Source of the DNA: Octopus vulgaris | Taxonomy: Eukaryota | Assembly (NCBI GenBank): GCA_951406725.2 | Contig: OX597817.1 | Coordinates: 85,374,001-85,438,000 of the forward strand | DNA: 64,000 nucleotides | Direction of reading: 5' to 3' | Shown here: positions 14,107 through 26,039 of the stretch, piece by piece | Position numbering within the stretch: the first letter of the stretch is position 1 | How the letters are laid out: every line of letters starts with the position of its first letter | The notes under the pieces: generated by a model | Seen by the model: the letters and a program-made list of their open reading frames with translations, nothing else | The model's database searches: none | Told to the model about the DNA's origin: nothing | Translations under genes and position numbers: made by a program

Positions 14107-14673
14107 TATATATATATATATATCTAAAGCTGATGCTTTACTCATTATCTATTTATACATTTGTATAGATATATATAAGATAATTGTGTTATTTTACATT
14201 ATACATCTCATTCATATTATTCAAGAAAAAGAGTCACAATACAGCATTGGTGTACTCCACCCTTTTAATCATATTACTTTTTTTTTTCTTACATAGTTTG
14301 GAAACCCATACTTCAGAACATGGTGTCTCTAAAAATACTTAGATGTGTAATTAAGAAATTCAACATTATGACTTTTAAATAATTTCTTGGTAGATTTATA
14401 ATTTCTCCTATCTTATTCATTTAATTTCTCAATAACTCCCACTGTCAACCCATTTTTAATATCCTCTTATACTAGGATAATAAGTACAAGTGTTAAAACT
14501 ATGGGTTCTTTTTTTCATCCAGCTGTTTACATAATCCATGTGTGTGTGTTTATGTGTGTGTGAACATATATGCATAAATATATAATATACATAATATATA
14601 TAAATATATATATATATATAGATGTATGTATAAGCCAAACCCTCATATGTCGTCTAACGACGGGAGAGTCTGT

Positions 14674-14707
<34 letters not shown>

Positions 14708-14713
14708 TGCCAC

Positions 14714-15092
14714 CAACCCTACCTATCATTGTTTCTCTTTACCCCAAACCTTCCCCACTGGTGCTCCCCTATATTACATGCACACACCCCCACTTTCTCT
14801 CCCTCTCTTCTCTCTGCCGGAACCCTCCCCCTGCCGCAATGCAACGAAAAAAGGCAATAACCGATCGTGGCCGATGCCAGACCCCTCTGGCACCTGTGCA
14901 GGTGGCACGTAAAAAGCACCCACTACACTCGCGGAGTGGTTGGCGTTAGGAAGGGCATCCAGCTGTAGAAACACTGCCAGATCAGACTGGAGCCTGGGGC
15001 AGCCCCTGGCTCCCCAGACCCCGGTCAAACCGTCCAACCCGTGCTAGCGTGGAAAACGGACGTTAAACGATGATGATGATGATGATGATGAT
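14714..15092 (+). mobile_element. Young RTE-type LINE 3' end with (GAT)n tail
   Basis: CpG-rich ggttggcgttaggaagggcatccagctgtagaaacactgccagatc ... ggaaaacggacgttaaacgat(gat)n; homologous to the 3' UTR of the RT-bearing copy at 26445-27380. Confidence 0.8.
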
Positions 15093-15109
15093 GTATATAA
15101 TATATATGA

Positions 15110-15143
<34 letters not shown>

Positions 15144-15334
15144 AGTAATTGAATGAATTATCTTAGTATGGATAATTCAGTTAACCGATACCTGGGTAGC
15201 AAATTCACGTCAGAAAAACACGGTTGAAGCTACATGCCAAGGGCAGAGATCACGTGCTTTCGGGTGGGAAATTTGTGTGTTTTTTTAATACAAGTAAATG
15301 AAAGAATGGAGTTGAACGACGATTTAACAAAATT

Positions 15335-15425
15335 CCTTTATTCTCGACATATGTTTCGAAGGCTGCATATTCCTAATTTCGAAGGAATAAGGGGTGCATT
15401 ATGCCGCTCATCAGGAAAAACAAGG
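15335..15425 (-). ncRNA. Type I hammerhead ribozyme, canonical core
   Basis: ccttgtttttc CTGATGA [long stem II with tattcct/aggaata hairpin] GAAAC atat GTC gagaataaagg. Stem I: 5 bp + 2x2 loop + 4 bp. Palindromic ACATATGT at stem III. Confidence 0.8.
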
Positions 15426-16147
15426 AACTTATCAAGATGAACAAGGAACAAGGAACTCATCAAGGAACTCATCAAGATGAACAAAAACTTTTAGATGACT
15501 GCCCACACGGAGCCCATAGTGATAATGAGTGTTTCTTTAAAATATTCCGTTATAATCAGTGACGTCAAAAATGGTTGAATGTAGAAGATTCTCGAAAGTT
15601 CAAGGGTTCAAACAAGGTTGGAGGGAGAGAGGTCTAAGAATAGGAAGGTGACAGGGTGCAAGTCATATGAATGTTGATTTGTTGTTGTTTTCTTTTGTGA
15701 TTGAGTGCCTATGTGTGTGTATGTATATAACTGCATTCGTGTCTATGTGTGTGTATGTGTGTGCGTGATTGTGTGTGTGGTTGGTTAGATGCCAAAAACA
15801 AACAGTGGTGAAGTGACAGGTTTGTGTCTGTGTGTTTGATTGTGCTTACGATAGAGAGAGGGAAAGAGAGAGAGAGGAGGGTGAGGTAGAGAGACAAAGG
15901 TAAAACATACCTCAATGAATTGGGTAGTAGTCTTTTATGAGTATAAAAATTTGACTATGGGGGTGATGTATAAATGGAACTAAATTATTAAAATTCAAGG
16001 AGGTTATCTATATTAATCATCATTCATATGAGTGAAAGGTGTGTTTCTGCCAGTGCATGCACCTATAGGATTTTTCGACCAATGTATTTATTAAAGGGAA
16101 TTTGGCGAACAATATATGGTAAAGTTCGGAATTACAGACGCCACAAA

Positions 16148-16205
16148 ATTTTCTGCCCTTATCAAACGGAAAGGATATCCTTTCCGTTTGATAAGGGCAG
16201 AAAAT
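16148..16205. repeat. Perfect 58-bp palindrome
   Basis: attttctgcccttatcaaacggaaaggat|atcctttccgtttgataagggcagaaaat; no loop, no mismatch. Confidence 0.97.
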
Positions 16206-16318
16206 GGTGAGAAGGCGGCATAATGCACCCCTTATTCCTTCGAAATTAGGAATATGCAGCCTTCGAAATATATGTCGAGAATAAAGGAATTTTGTTAAAT
16301 CATCATTCAACTCCATTC

Positions 16319-16366
<48 letters not shown>

Positions 16367-16433
16367 TGTATATATATATACATACATATATAATATGTAT
16401 ATGATATATATATACATATACATTATACATACG

Positions 16434-16479
<46 letters not shown>

Positions 16480-16494
16480 CATATGTATATAAAG

Positions 16495-18398
16495 CATTCA
16501 CTTGTTACAAGGTCCTTAGACCACTGAAAATGCAAGTGCTACTAGAATAAAATTTGGTGCTAGACAGAATTCAATAGGTGATGATGTACATTAGACTTAA
16601 AAGACTGGAGGTCATATTAAAGAAGAAAACAAGACTGTGGAAATGAATTCCAAAGTTCAGAGGTACAAGGGAAGAAACTGGTACTGTAAAGTGCTTTACG
16701 GCACTTAGGGGATTGCACATTATACTGATGAGAACTGGATGCAAGTCTAGTTGATCACTGATAAGTTCTTAAAGAAGGAATCAGAGAAGAGAGCTCAGCT
16801 GAACAATGTCCATGAAAATACTTAGAGACAAGATACAAGGAAGCCACATGATGACGATGAGAGAGTGAATCCAATTTAGAAGATAGATCAGGACCAATAG
16901 CATTACAAATATGGCATTGAATGCAGTCCAACAGAGTTAAACAATCTGCAGGATCACCTGCCCATATGTGATAACAGTACTCAATGCAGGGGTGAATGGC
17001 GGACTTATAAAGGTGAAGAATAGTCTCAGGAGTGAGATAACTCCTTGAATGAAGGAGTGACCCTACCTTCATTGTATCTGATTTGGCAATAGATTCAATG
17101 TAAATCCTCCAAGAAAAATCATTGCAGAAAGTCACTCCTAGGAGGTGAAGAGAACGACTCTTAGGTAAGTCAATACCATCCACCAAAACCAATGCCAAGA
17201 AAGGATGTCTGAAGCAATTAATCGAAAGAATTTTAGTTTTTGCTGGACTGAACATTACAAGCCATTTTCTACCCTATTCAACAATAGATTAAAGATCATT
17301 CTCAAGGTTAGCAGCAATCTCAACCTTATCAGACAAGTTGTCAGATTTGTCCAAACAAGAGTACAATGTAGAGTCATCAACATAGATTACTAGCTGACAG
17401 AAGAGATGATCAGGTAGATCATTAATAAAAAGAAGAAAGAGAGTTGGGCCCCTGACAGATCCTTGAGGAACCCCATCATTAATAGAATAACTGGATGAGG
17501 ATTGACCATCAAGAACAACCTTGATCCTATAATCATAAAGGATGAAACCTGACACACCAATGGATTGGAGCTTTCATAGAAGTCCAGCATGCCAAAACCT
17601 ATTGAATGCCTTAGAGATATCAAGAGCAACTGCCCTAGCTTCACCAGATACATTCAAGACATGATAAGCATGCTCGGATATAACAGTGAGAAGATCAGAA
17701 GTAGACCATCTGGCATGGAAACCATATCGAGAATCAGAAAATAAATTATTTGAGTCAAGATATTTTACAAGAAGAGATTCATTAATCAAGGACTCAAAAA
17801 CCTTACTGATGATTGGTAGTATACTAATTGGCCTATAATTACGAGGATTAGATTGATTACCACAGTTCTTAAAGACAGAAACAGCAGTTAGGAATTTCCA
17901 TAAAGAAAGAAAACAAGATTCTGAGATACTCTTTCCGAAGAACCTAGATAAGACAGAAGACTACTCTGGAGAGCACTTCTGAAGAACAATGACTAGAATA
18001 CCATCAGGTCCAGTTGCTTTACATGGATCCAGCCGTGTCACAATGGCCACAAATTTAGTAGTAACATGACAACTGTGTAACAGTTTATCAGTTTTGAGAA
18101 AAACATCAGGAAGTGAACGACCAGAGTCATCAAGAATAGAGTGAGAACTAGACAGTTGAGCAAAGAGCTCTGCTTTATCATTAGATGTTATCATGACCTC
18201 AGGTCCATTGAATAACGGAGGAATAGAAGACTTACTGTTACCCCTAACACTTTTAATAATTCTCCAGAAGTCACAAGAGCCTACTTTCTGGGATGATATA
18301 CCATCATGAATGTGCTGCTCATTGTCTGATTTAGTATCAGAAATGACAGCCCTACAGTGATTGTGAGCATTGGTGAAAAGCTGTTTATTCCCTGCCAA
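16495..18398 (-). mobile_element. CR1/L2/Jockey-group LINE, 5'-truncated, RT pseudogene
   Basis: Broken RT motifs: KATGPDGI, NYRPISILPIISKVFE, ALDISKAFN, GVPQGSVRGPTLFLLFIND, YVDDSTL, HPCIEYCYHIW; several stops and frameshifts. Confidence 0.93.
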
Positions 18399-18408
18399 TT
18401 ATATATAC

Positions 18409-18635
18409 CAATTATTTGGTAGCTATGATAAAACTCCGAGTTTCGGATGCCGGGGTGAAAATCCATGCTACCATCTCTTCAGTTATCTGGCCATTGGAAA
18501 ATTGCTATGAAAAAAACTCGGAGTTTTATCATGGCTACCAAATAATTGTGACATATTACATTTACAGATAAATTCCTCTATTTACATAATATCGAGGTCT
18601 CTTTCTTTCTTTTGTTGTCTTACCATTTTTATCAA
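18409..18635. mobile_element. Short Penelope-like pseudo-LTR with inverted partial copy
   Basis: 35-bp inverted repeat 18409-18443 / 18514-18548 (1 mismatch) overlapping a hammerhead; the + copy runs on to (TA)n at ~18636. Confidence 0.65.
18427..18487 (-). ncRNA. Type I hammerhead ribozyme motif
   Basis: gataa CTGAAGA gatg...catcc GAAAC tcgga GTT ttatc. Stem I gataa/ttatc; stem II register is off by 1 nt. Confidence 0.68.
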
Positions 18636-18659
18636 TATATATATATATATATATATGTA

Positions 18660-19240
18660 TATTAGGGAATATCATTCCAAACTTACAGGGAAAAATTCAA
18701 TTTAGTAATACTAAATCAAATTTCACTATATATAATACATGTATATAAATTAGAGAAGAACCGCCATATAGTAATTCAACAATGATATACTTAAACATAC
18801 CATATAGAAAAAAATTAAAGATATGATAAAACATTTACCTACAACTAAATAAAGTATGAAATAATAAATAAATAGTATATAATTATTAAATAGACTACAC
18901 ATGTTTCGTGGCTATATTTTCAAATTGATAACAGTAAAATCAATTCAATTTAAATATAGTCACTCATCAGGTCCAAGATAAAAACAATAAAATAATTAAA
19001 TAATTTTCGTATTTTATCTTATAAGAAAATATAAATATATATAAAAATACGTAATTTTTCAATAAAAAAATCGAGCAAAATTCAACAATATATCTTAAAG
19101 CAAAAACACGAAATATCTTATCAAATATATTCTGTTAACTAAATCTTTAAACTTAATATGTAGGACTTAGTGTTTATAATAAATTTATCTCGTTAAAAAT
19201 GTAGTGTAAATAAAATTAGAATAAATAGATAGAAATATAG
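18660..19240 (-). mobile_element. AT-rich Penelope-like pseudo-LTR / non-autonomous element next to (TA)n
   Basis: Starts directly after the (TA)n at 18636-18660 and contains a canonical hammerhead; no ORF; right boundary approximate. Confidence 0.55.
18891..18975 (-). ncRNA. Type I hammerhead ribozyme, canonical core
   Basis: tggac CTGATGA gtgactatattt...aaatatagccac GAAAC atgt GTA gtcta. Stem II 11/12 bp plus inner aattgat/atcaatt helix; stem I 5 bp. Confidence 0.85.
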
Positions 19241-20073
19241 GAAGCTGTGAAGGAGCTGAAATTTACTAGAAGTACCAGGTGATCATTTGAGAGTTGATGG
19301 CCAATGAAAAGGACTAGCCCTCCAGACACTTTGAAGCAACCTTAACTAGGTATTTGGAGAAGGCTGAAAATAACGGAAGCATGACAAGATCCTTAGAGAA
19401 ATTGCCTAGTAGATGGACCTGTGGAGAGTTAAGCTCAACAAATTGCAGGCATCACCACTCAAAAGCATTAGATTCCTTAGAGGATGTGATAAGTCTCCTA
19501 AGAGTAGGTGTGGCTGGCCAGCCTTTTTTTTTACCAAGTCTATGATTGATTGGGAGATGCAAATGAATCTGAAGGGTTGATTTATCTTCCCAGGAGAGGC
19601 AGTCGTAACTTCCAAAATAGTTGTGGTTCTTATATCCAGGAGAACAAAAATTATCATAGTGCTGAATTCACTGTGCCCTGAGAGGACAGGCTAAATATTT
19701 CTTAGCAACTAAAGAATGCCACATATCAGGAGTTGGTTGATGAGGTTCTTGTCAATGGATGGCATGCAGCCTCAGTCACAATTGAAGATTGCTACTTGGT
19801 TTCCCAGTGAAATCAGTGCACTATTTCCTGCAAAAAATTTAGTTTGGAACTTAAACAGCTAAAGAAAGCTACTCAGGAAACAATCATGGCAGTTGAGACC
19901 AGTTGGTTATTGTCAGCAGGCAAAAGCTCTTCACTGCCTCACTCTAATATAGGCTAAGATATTGGATGATATAGAAGATTCTCAACAATGTGATTGATTT
20001 AGTCACCATCAGAAGAGCTGGCAGTTTCTGCTTTTTACCTACAATGCAACTTTAACAAAAGAAATTTTTATTC

Positions 20074-20105
<32 letters not shown>

Positions 20106-20275
20106 GATATTAGTCAGCATCTTAGATGAATGTGTTTGTGTTACATGTGTGTGTGTGTATATGTGTGTGTGTATGTGTGTGTGTGTGTGCACGTGTGTGT
20201 GTGAGTGTGTGTATTTCACTATCTATCCATCCAACCATCTATCTATCAATCAAGCAATCTATTTATATAGATATA

Positions 20276-20428
20276 TGGTTGGCGTTAGGAAGGGCATCCA
20301 GCTGTAGAAACACTGCCAGATCTGACTGGCCTGGTGCAGCCTTCGGGCTTCCCAGACCCCCAGACCCCAGTTGAACCGTCCAACCCATGCTGACATGGAA
20401 AGTGGACGTTAAACGATGATGATGATGC
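20276..20428 (+). mobile_element. RTE-type LINE 3' end (short)
   Basis: Close match to 14936-15075, with (GAT)n tail. Confidence 0.8.
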
Positions 20429-21469
20429 ATGTTTGCACGTGTGTAAAGAGAGAGAGAGAGATGGGGGAGGAGACACACAGACAGATAATTTATTTAGGTG
20501 ACGACTAGTTCACACAATGAAAAAAAAATGTTTTAATAGTGGGATAGAATCAAGAAAACTTCTAAAAAATTTTTTAATAAGAATTTGACTCTTTGACAAA
20601 TTAACATTTTTTAAAGAGAACAATAAACAAGCAAAGTCATTCAACCATTTAACACAACTGCCAGTTATAGCAAAACAAACAGCTTATCATTTAAGTAACT
20701 ATCTCCATCTCTTGATTTCCATGATCAATACACAGGACAGATGGCCTCTTTGCATGCACTGATAAAATAATAAATTTCAATTAAACTTAACGTAAAAGAT
20801 ATAAACATTGGAAGCTGTCTTAATATGTGATTACCAATCTAAATTGAAGACATTACAAGCTCTATGGTAGATTATTCTGATGACACAATTAATATCTCCC
20901 ATTAACCATGTCTTCATTTTCCAGAAGATAGCCCTTTATTTTCTTAAAATAGCTTAAAAATAAATAATTCAGTTGATCACTGCTGATCCCTATCTAGACT
21001 TATGATTTAAACCACAAGCTATGAGGAAAAGGAGTCAGTATTGGTAAATACACTCTACCTCAGTAGCTGAGTATAGTTGGAAATTAAAATAGATCATTAG
21101 AAATCATACATACAAGGTTTAGATGCAGTTAAAAAGATGTGGAAAGAATAAACAGACAATAAACTCATTGTCAAAAACAATGAGAACCAATGAATAAAAC
21201 AACCCAGTCTTCATTGGTACATTTGTATTAATAATAGTAAATATTATGGCATGTTCTATGTTCAGATCAGTTCAGCTTTTTTATTTCTCTGAAGAACAGA
21301 GTTCAGTATCTAGTATTAACAAACAACTCATGTTTGTTATATTGAAAAGGCGAATCTAAACATTCAATTGGTTTTTCATTTGCTATAGAAACAATTTCAC
21401 CCCCTTTTTTAGATCTATGAAATAATAGTTAGGATACTAAAAGTGTTACAGGACACCATCATCATGTTT

Positions 21470-21696
21470 TTAACCCTTTCGATACCAACCCGACTGAAAC
21501 CAGCTCTGGTTCTGAGTACAAATGTCTTGTTTTCATAAGTTTTGAATTAAAATTTTCCACCAAACCTTAGTCACAATTTATGTTCCTAACACTAGCTGAA
21601 TGATAACTAAGTTATTTTACTAAATATTTGTTATATTTAAAGTAATTGAAAGAAACACAGAGCATCTCAAAATAAATACAGTAACGAAAAGGTTAA
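21470..21696 (+). mobile_element. piggyBac-type MITE family E
   Basis: TTAA|CCCTTTCG ... CGAAAAGG|TTAA. Confidence 0.88.
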
Positions 21697-21794
21697 ATCA
21701 TTTATTGTATTTGTGTAAAGAAATTAGCATTTAAATTCTTTTAAAATAGGGATGGGTATATGTATATCACTTGCCATAATGAAATACACACTAG

Positions 21795-21980
21795 TATGAT
21801 GCAAGAAAAACACTGCATAAAAAACACTATTGCGGTGCATAAAAATCCTTGAAGCACAGATGTAGTGCATAAGATCACTGAGGCATTGCTGTGGTACATA
21901 AAAATGCCTGAAGCCACTGTTGTAGTACATAAAAGTACTGAGGCACTGGTGTGGTACATAAAAATCCATGAAGCATTGAT
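21795..21980. repeat. ~29-30 bp minisatellite, about 6 diverged units
   Basis: tgt(a/g)gt(a/g)cataa...tga(a/g)gca units. Confidence 0.8.
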
Positions 21981-23342
21981 ACAGACATACTGGTGTCAGG
22001 TATAAAAAATATTAACAACTTCTAAATATACTGGTCGTTTGAAACTAACCTCAAAAATTCACAACACATTTGCGGATGCTGTACACAAGCGTACCCCTAC
22101 ACAGTGGTTAGAAATATCTATGCTGTAGTCCATGCTATAACCTTGCTGTAACATTTTTATTGGGTCTATGTAATGGCAAATATGTTTGCATTCTACATCA
22201 CTTATGATTTATCCTATGAATAAATATCTAATTAGCCATGTGCTTAACAGGGCATGACAGAAATATTAATGATACTTTACAAATGGGATTTATGTTAATG
22301 AACATTTTGTGTCAAAATAACAAGCAAGCAATCATATCAATGAGTTTTCATTAATGGACAACCATTAGCCTATTGCCAAACACTCTTTTTACTATTAGAG
22401 GTTTTTGTTATTTCTTATCATATTTTCTTTGTTCTTTTTAATCTTATTTCATGCTAGAGTACACTGAAAGTCACAGTTGGTTGAATCAGCAAGATATTGG
22501 CCAGAGAATTGATAATTTGTATTGCATCAGTGCTATTATATTGCATCCATGGTCAAGACGCTTAACTTCCAACTTGTCCAGTCTAGCTAATTGTAAATTA
22601 GTACTCTGCTGTAAGCATGATCATATTAATTAATTGACATAATTCCTTTTCCCCTTGTTTGCTAGTCTAAGGCTTTTTGCCTTCATAACAAATCAATAAT
22701 TATTGATATCCTGGAAAGTTATTACAATAGAGAAAACATGCAGAGCTGAGAAGTGGTTCAGTGTTGTTTGCAAAAGATTAGATATTCCTTTCAATATAGA
22801 CAGTTTGAAGAAATATTTCTAACAAAAGGAGCCATGTTGATCTAATGAGACTAGAATAGATACTGTGAGAGCTTCAAAAATCATTGATAGTGTGTGTGTG
22901 TGTGTGTGTGTTTGCAGAGGGGTAGTAGTGGTTGGTGTGGAATGTTGGTTGGAGTAGTTGTTTTTGGCGATGGGGGTAGTAAAGGTTGCTGATGGGGTGG
23001 GGTGGGGGATAGTGGTGGCAGTGATGGTGATGACAATGAAAATAATGTGCAAACTGAGTATTACAAAGCATTTGTTAATTGAGTCAACAATATTTTGGAA
23101 TGCTATTAACACTGGGACATAATATGATGCACCTAAGACATAATATGATGCATTTAATATGAAACACTAAAGACATACATGATTATCAAAGTTGGCTGAT
23201 TTTTGTTTGGTACTGTGTGTGCAACATAATACAAACTATACAACAATAACAACTATAACAACTAGGATGAATATATTTTGAAATCCTATATGCGTATGTG
23301 TGTAATACATTTACTTTTATGCTTGTCTGTTTCTCTATCTTT

Positions 23343-23512
23343 TCTGTAGCCAACCTTAACCTGTTTCCAAGTAAGGTAATATTTCCTCAGACATGTTATT
23401 CATAGAAGACTGGAATTGAACAACGTTGTCTGTATAATGGTAATGTTCATTTACTATCATCACATGATGTCAAGACAGACACACACACACATGCATAAAC
23501 AGATATACTTAC

Positions 23513-23560
<48 letters not shown>
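23343..23560 (-). mobile_element. SINE family B 3' half (split by Penelope-like insertion)
   Basis: caaccttaacctgtttccaagtaaggtaatatttcc ... cacatgatgtcaagacagacacac, then microsatellite; the head lies at 25720-25883. Confidence 0.75.
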
Positions 23561-23562
<2 letters not shown>

Positions 23563-23564
<2 letters not shown>

Positions 23565-25715
23565 CAGGAAGCTTTACGAAAATAAACAAAAGACGAAGGC
23601 AGGTGGAGTACAAACAAACAATTGTATTAGTATGGCGCTCAGGAATAGAAATAAAACAAGTCTTTTATGTTTCGAGCCTATGCTCTTCAACAGAAAGATA
23701 CACAGAAAAGAAACAAGGAGAGAAAAAAATGCGTGCAGGAGCTAACGATTCAACATGGCGGTCTGATTTCGGCCAGAAGTCAGAGATCAGACGTTAGACG
23801 CAAGAGGGATAGTAGGGGAGATAGCAAGGTCAAATGACCTCACCCCAACGTAAGTGTGCGTGTGTGTATGAGAGAGTATGTATGTGCGTATGAAAGATCT
23901 GGACGTGTGTATGTATGATGTGATGTGTAATGTCGTATGGTGTAGTGTAGTGTCGTATGGTGTAGTGTAGTGTAGTGGGAGGTGGGGAAAGCCCATGTGG
24001 GGTGTGGGTTCGGCTGGGGGTTGGGGTAGAGTGGTGGTTGTGGGGAGAGTGAAAGAGAGGGAGGAGTGGAGGAGGGAAGAGAGATGAGGGGGGGAGAGGA
24101 GATGAGGGGGAGAGGGGAGGAGAGATGAGATGAGGGGGTGAGGGGGAAAGAAGGAAGGAGGGGAGAGGAGAGAGGGAAGGGGGAAGAAGAAAGGAGAGGG
24201 GAGAGGGAAGGAGAGGAGAAGAGGAAGGGGATGGGAAAGGAGGAGGGGAGGGGAGGGGAGAGAAGGGGAGTGAGGGAGCAGAGAGAAAGAGAGAAGGGGA
24301 AGAGAGAAGAAGAAAGAGGAAAGAAGAAGAGGAGGGAAAGAGAGTGGGGTGAAAAGATGAAGGATTGAAGAGAAGTAGGATGATAGGGGGGGAGGTTAGA
24401 TGAGAAGGGGGAGAGTTGAGACCAAATGGCGTGAAAGAGCGAAGAGAGAAGATTAATTCCTCTTCACGGCTCAAACGGGAATCCGGATGGCCTCTGTGCA
24501 AGGACAATTCGAACACAGACAGGTGTTGCAAGGAGTGACCGGTGGAGCGGAAATGGCATGAGACCGGTGTGTCGTTGGCAAGGCAGATGTCATGGAGGTG
24601 TTCCGCGAACCGGTCAGCCAAGCGGCGTCCTGTTTGTCCAATGTACAGGGAATGGCAGAGAGAGCAGGAGATGCAATAGATGATATTGCTGGAGGTGCAG
24701 GTGAAGGAGTCAATGATGTGATAGGGTTGATGATGGGTGCCGGTGAGGAGGGTGGTGTTGGAGAGATAAGGGCAAGTGCGGCAACGTGGGCAGGAGCAGG
24801 GGAACGAGCCAGGTTGGGAGGTAGGGTCAGGGAAGGAGCTGTGGACCAAGAGGGCTCATTTGAAGGAGGGGAGGGGTCGGTTAGGGAAGAAGTGTGAAGT
24901 GGACAGGTCGGACTGGAGATGCCGGAAAGCTCGAAGAATGGTGCGCTGGAGAGGTAGGGTCGTGGGGTGGTAAGTGAGGAGAAAAGGGAGGCAGGAGACT
25001 ACAGGGTGGGTTCGTGGGGAGAGAGCAGATGCACGGTCTACGGAACGTGCTCTGGCAAGGGCGGTGTGGATAGTGGTGAGAAGGTATCCATGTAGGATGA
25101 AGTGGCGAGCCATGAGTTGAGACTGAGTCTCAAAGTCATGGTCGTCACTACAGAGCCTACATAGACGGAGGAATTGGGAATAGGGGATGGAAAGCTTGGT
25201 GTGTTTGTAGTGAATGGGGGTGGTAAGAGTGGAGTGATGAATGCTGATTGAAATGTCGAGGAAGGAGACAGAGGTGTTGGAGATAGTGGAGGTGAAGTGG
25301 AGGGCAGGATGGAAGGATTGAACGAAAGAGAGGAAGGAATCTAGATGTTCACGGGAGAGTGAGGTGGCACTGATAATGTCGTCAATGTAATGACCGTATA
25401 GTTCGAGAGTGGGACCAGTGAAACTAGAGAATATTTGGGCCTCAACATAGCCAATGAACAGGTTCGCATAGTTGGGGCCCATTCGCGTTCCCATGGCCAC
25501 TCTCGAGACATGTTGGTAGAACTCGCCCGCGAACGAGAAGCAGTTAAGAGAAAGGACAAGTTTGGCCAGACGAATGAGTGTGGAGGTGTCGGGTTAGGGG
25601 TTGGGGCAGAGGTTGAGAAAGTATTGAAGTGCCCGCAGTCCTTCGTGGTGAGGGATGATGGTATAGAGGCTCTGGATGTCCATTGTAAAAAGTATTTTGG
25701 AGGAGCCGGGAGAAA
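23563..25715 (-). mobile_element. Penelope-like retroelement (Neptune-like), 5'-truncated: RT + Cys linker + GIY-YIG endonuclease pseudogene
   Basis: TMDIQSLYTIIPH; MAMGTRMGPNYANLF; YIDDI; FLDISI; SIPYSQFLRL; linker CSCPRCRTC; IIYCISCSLC..LYIGQTGRRLADRFAEH..HF..H..REEELIFSL..PFGLN. Frameshifts. 3' non-coding end abuts (TA)n. Confidence 0.95.
23661..23698 (-). ncRNA. Minimal hammerhead-like motif in the Penelope 3' pseudo-LTR (variant core)
   Basis: tcttt CTGTTGA a gagc-atag-gctc GAAAC ATA aaaga. Stems I and II pair; core deviates from CUGANGA, and GAAACATA may be CpG-decayed GAAACGTA. Confidence 0.55.
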
Positions 25716-25719
25716 TATA

Positions 25720-25883
25720 ATACAGGACAGCTTCTTTCAATTTCTGTCTACTAAACCTAATGAGACTTTGGTCATCCTAGGAATACAGTAGAAGGCAATT
25801 ATCCGAGATGTTGTACAGTTGAAATGAACCCAAGATCACATGGTTGGGGAGCAAACTTCTTAACCACATAGCCATGCCCCTGC
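25720..25883 (-). mobile_element. SINE family B tRNA-like head (5' half of the split SINE)
   Basis: cagcttctttcaatttctgtctactaaa ... tgaacccaagatcacatggttggggagcaaacttcttaaccacatagccatgcc. Confidence 0.75.
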
Positions 25884-25989
25884 CAATATACACATATGCA
25901 CACATGTGCATATATATGTGTATTTGTGGTGAGCTTATACACAATTTAAGCCTACCAACTCACAAGATACTGCTTGATTCAATGCTAAG

Positions 25990-26032
<43 letters not shown>

Positions 26033-26039
26033 TGTTGCA

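Larger units (their letters stand above)
15143..16324 (-). mobile_element. 5'-truncated Penelope-like element with inverted pseudo-LTR fragment, inserted in (TA)n
   Basis: Flanked by (TA)n on both sides. Minus strand 16020-16178 encodes ISFPFDKGRKFCGVCNSELYHILFAKFPLINTLVEKSYRCMHWQKH*, resembling the CxxC C-terminus of the GIY-YIG ORF at 39191. 15298-15407 is inverted at 16215-16324 (107/110 identical). Confidence 0.8.

Noticed and set aside
19250-20060. More GC-balanced block that may be an old TE
   Set aside because: No diagnostic motifs recoverable by eye; left unannotated.
23830-24420. Pro/Ser/Leu-rich C-terminal extension of the 339-aa ORF
   Set aside because: Read-through into the pyrimidine-rich 3' non-coding part of the Penelope-like element after the endonuclease ends near PFGLN.
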